A DNA stretch of 64,000 nucleotides from Phoronis australis (Eukaryota; Animalia; Phoronida), in NCBI GenBank assembly GCA_002633005.1, contig NMRA01000354.1:409782-473781 (forward strand). Reading direction: 5' to 3'. The notes beneath the pieces were generated by a model that worked only from the letters and a program-made list of their open reading frames with translations, did no database searches and was not told where the DNA came from. Made by a program: the position numbers and the translations under genes. Positions within the stretch are counted from its first letter, which is position 1. Each line of letters begins with the position of its first letter. Of this stretch, positions 63,847 to 64,000 are shown piece after piece.

Positions 63847-64000
63847 AGCTCCTTTCAAACAATTTCAAATTCACTGTAAAAGTGTTGATAACTCCAGTGG
63901 TGCTAAAAATAGATCCAGCTACATAAGAAAACTAAAACAAGAACCATATGTTCTGATAAAAAAATTTTAATTTTAGGTCACTTCTGTTTTTGAAGAGAAC

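Overview
AT-rich, intron-rich animal genomic DNA, probably an invertebrate such as a lophotrochozoan (taxon is inference). Gene models were built by hand from GT-AG junctions and phase matching. (1) The 5' part of an ARID4A/B (RBP1-family) gene lies on the minus strand (ATG at 10227, 11 exons, continuing off the left edge). (2) A complete 25-exon Claspin gene lies on the minus strand (35071->12765, 3756 nt, ~1251 aa, two Chk1-binding repeats). (3) A FEZ1/FEZ2/UNC-76 gene lies on the plus strand, head-to-head with Claspin (ATG 35635, 7 clear exons to 60806, terminal exon uncertain). (4) One isolated internal ELP1/IKBKAP exon (62496-62638) is in phase with FEZ exon 7 and has no upstream ELP1 exons in view. 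Introns hold Harbinger- and hAT-like MITEs, a tRNA-derived SINE family and DINE-1/Helentron-type (HINE) elements. Most notable: HINE internal repeats carrying one CTCF-like motif per ~150 bp, four tandem arrays anchored on splice junctions, a possible FEZ-ELP1 chimera or mis-join, a SUMO-motif repeat exon in ARID4 beginning with a recursive-splice-like site, and a candidate divergent spliced lncRNA at the ARID4 promoter.
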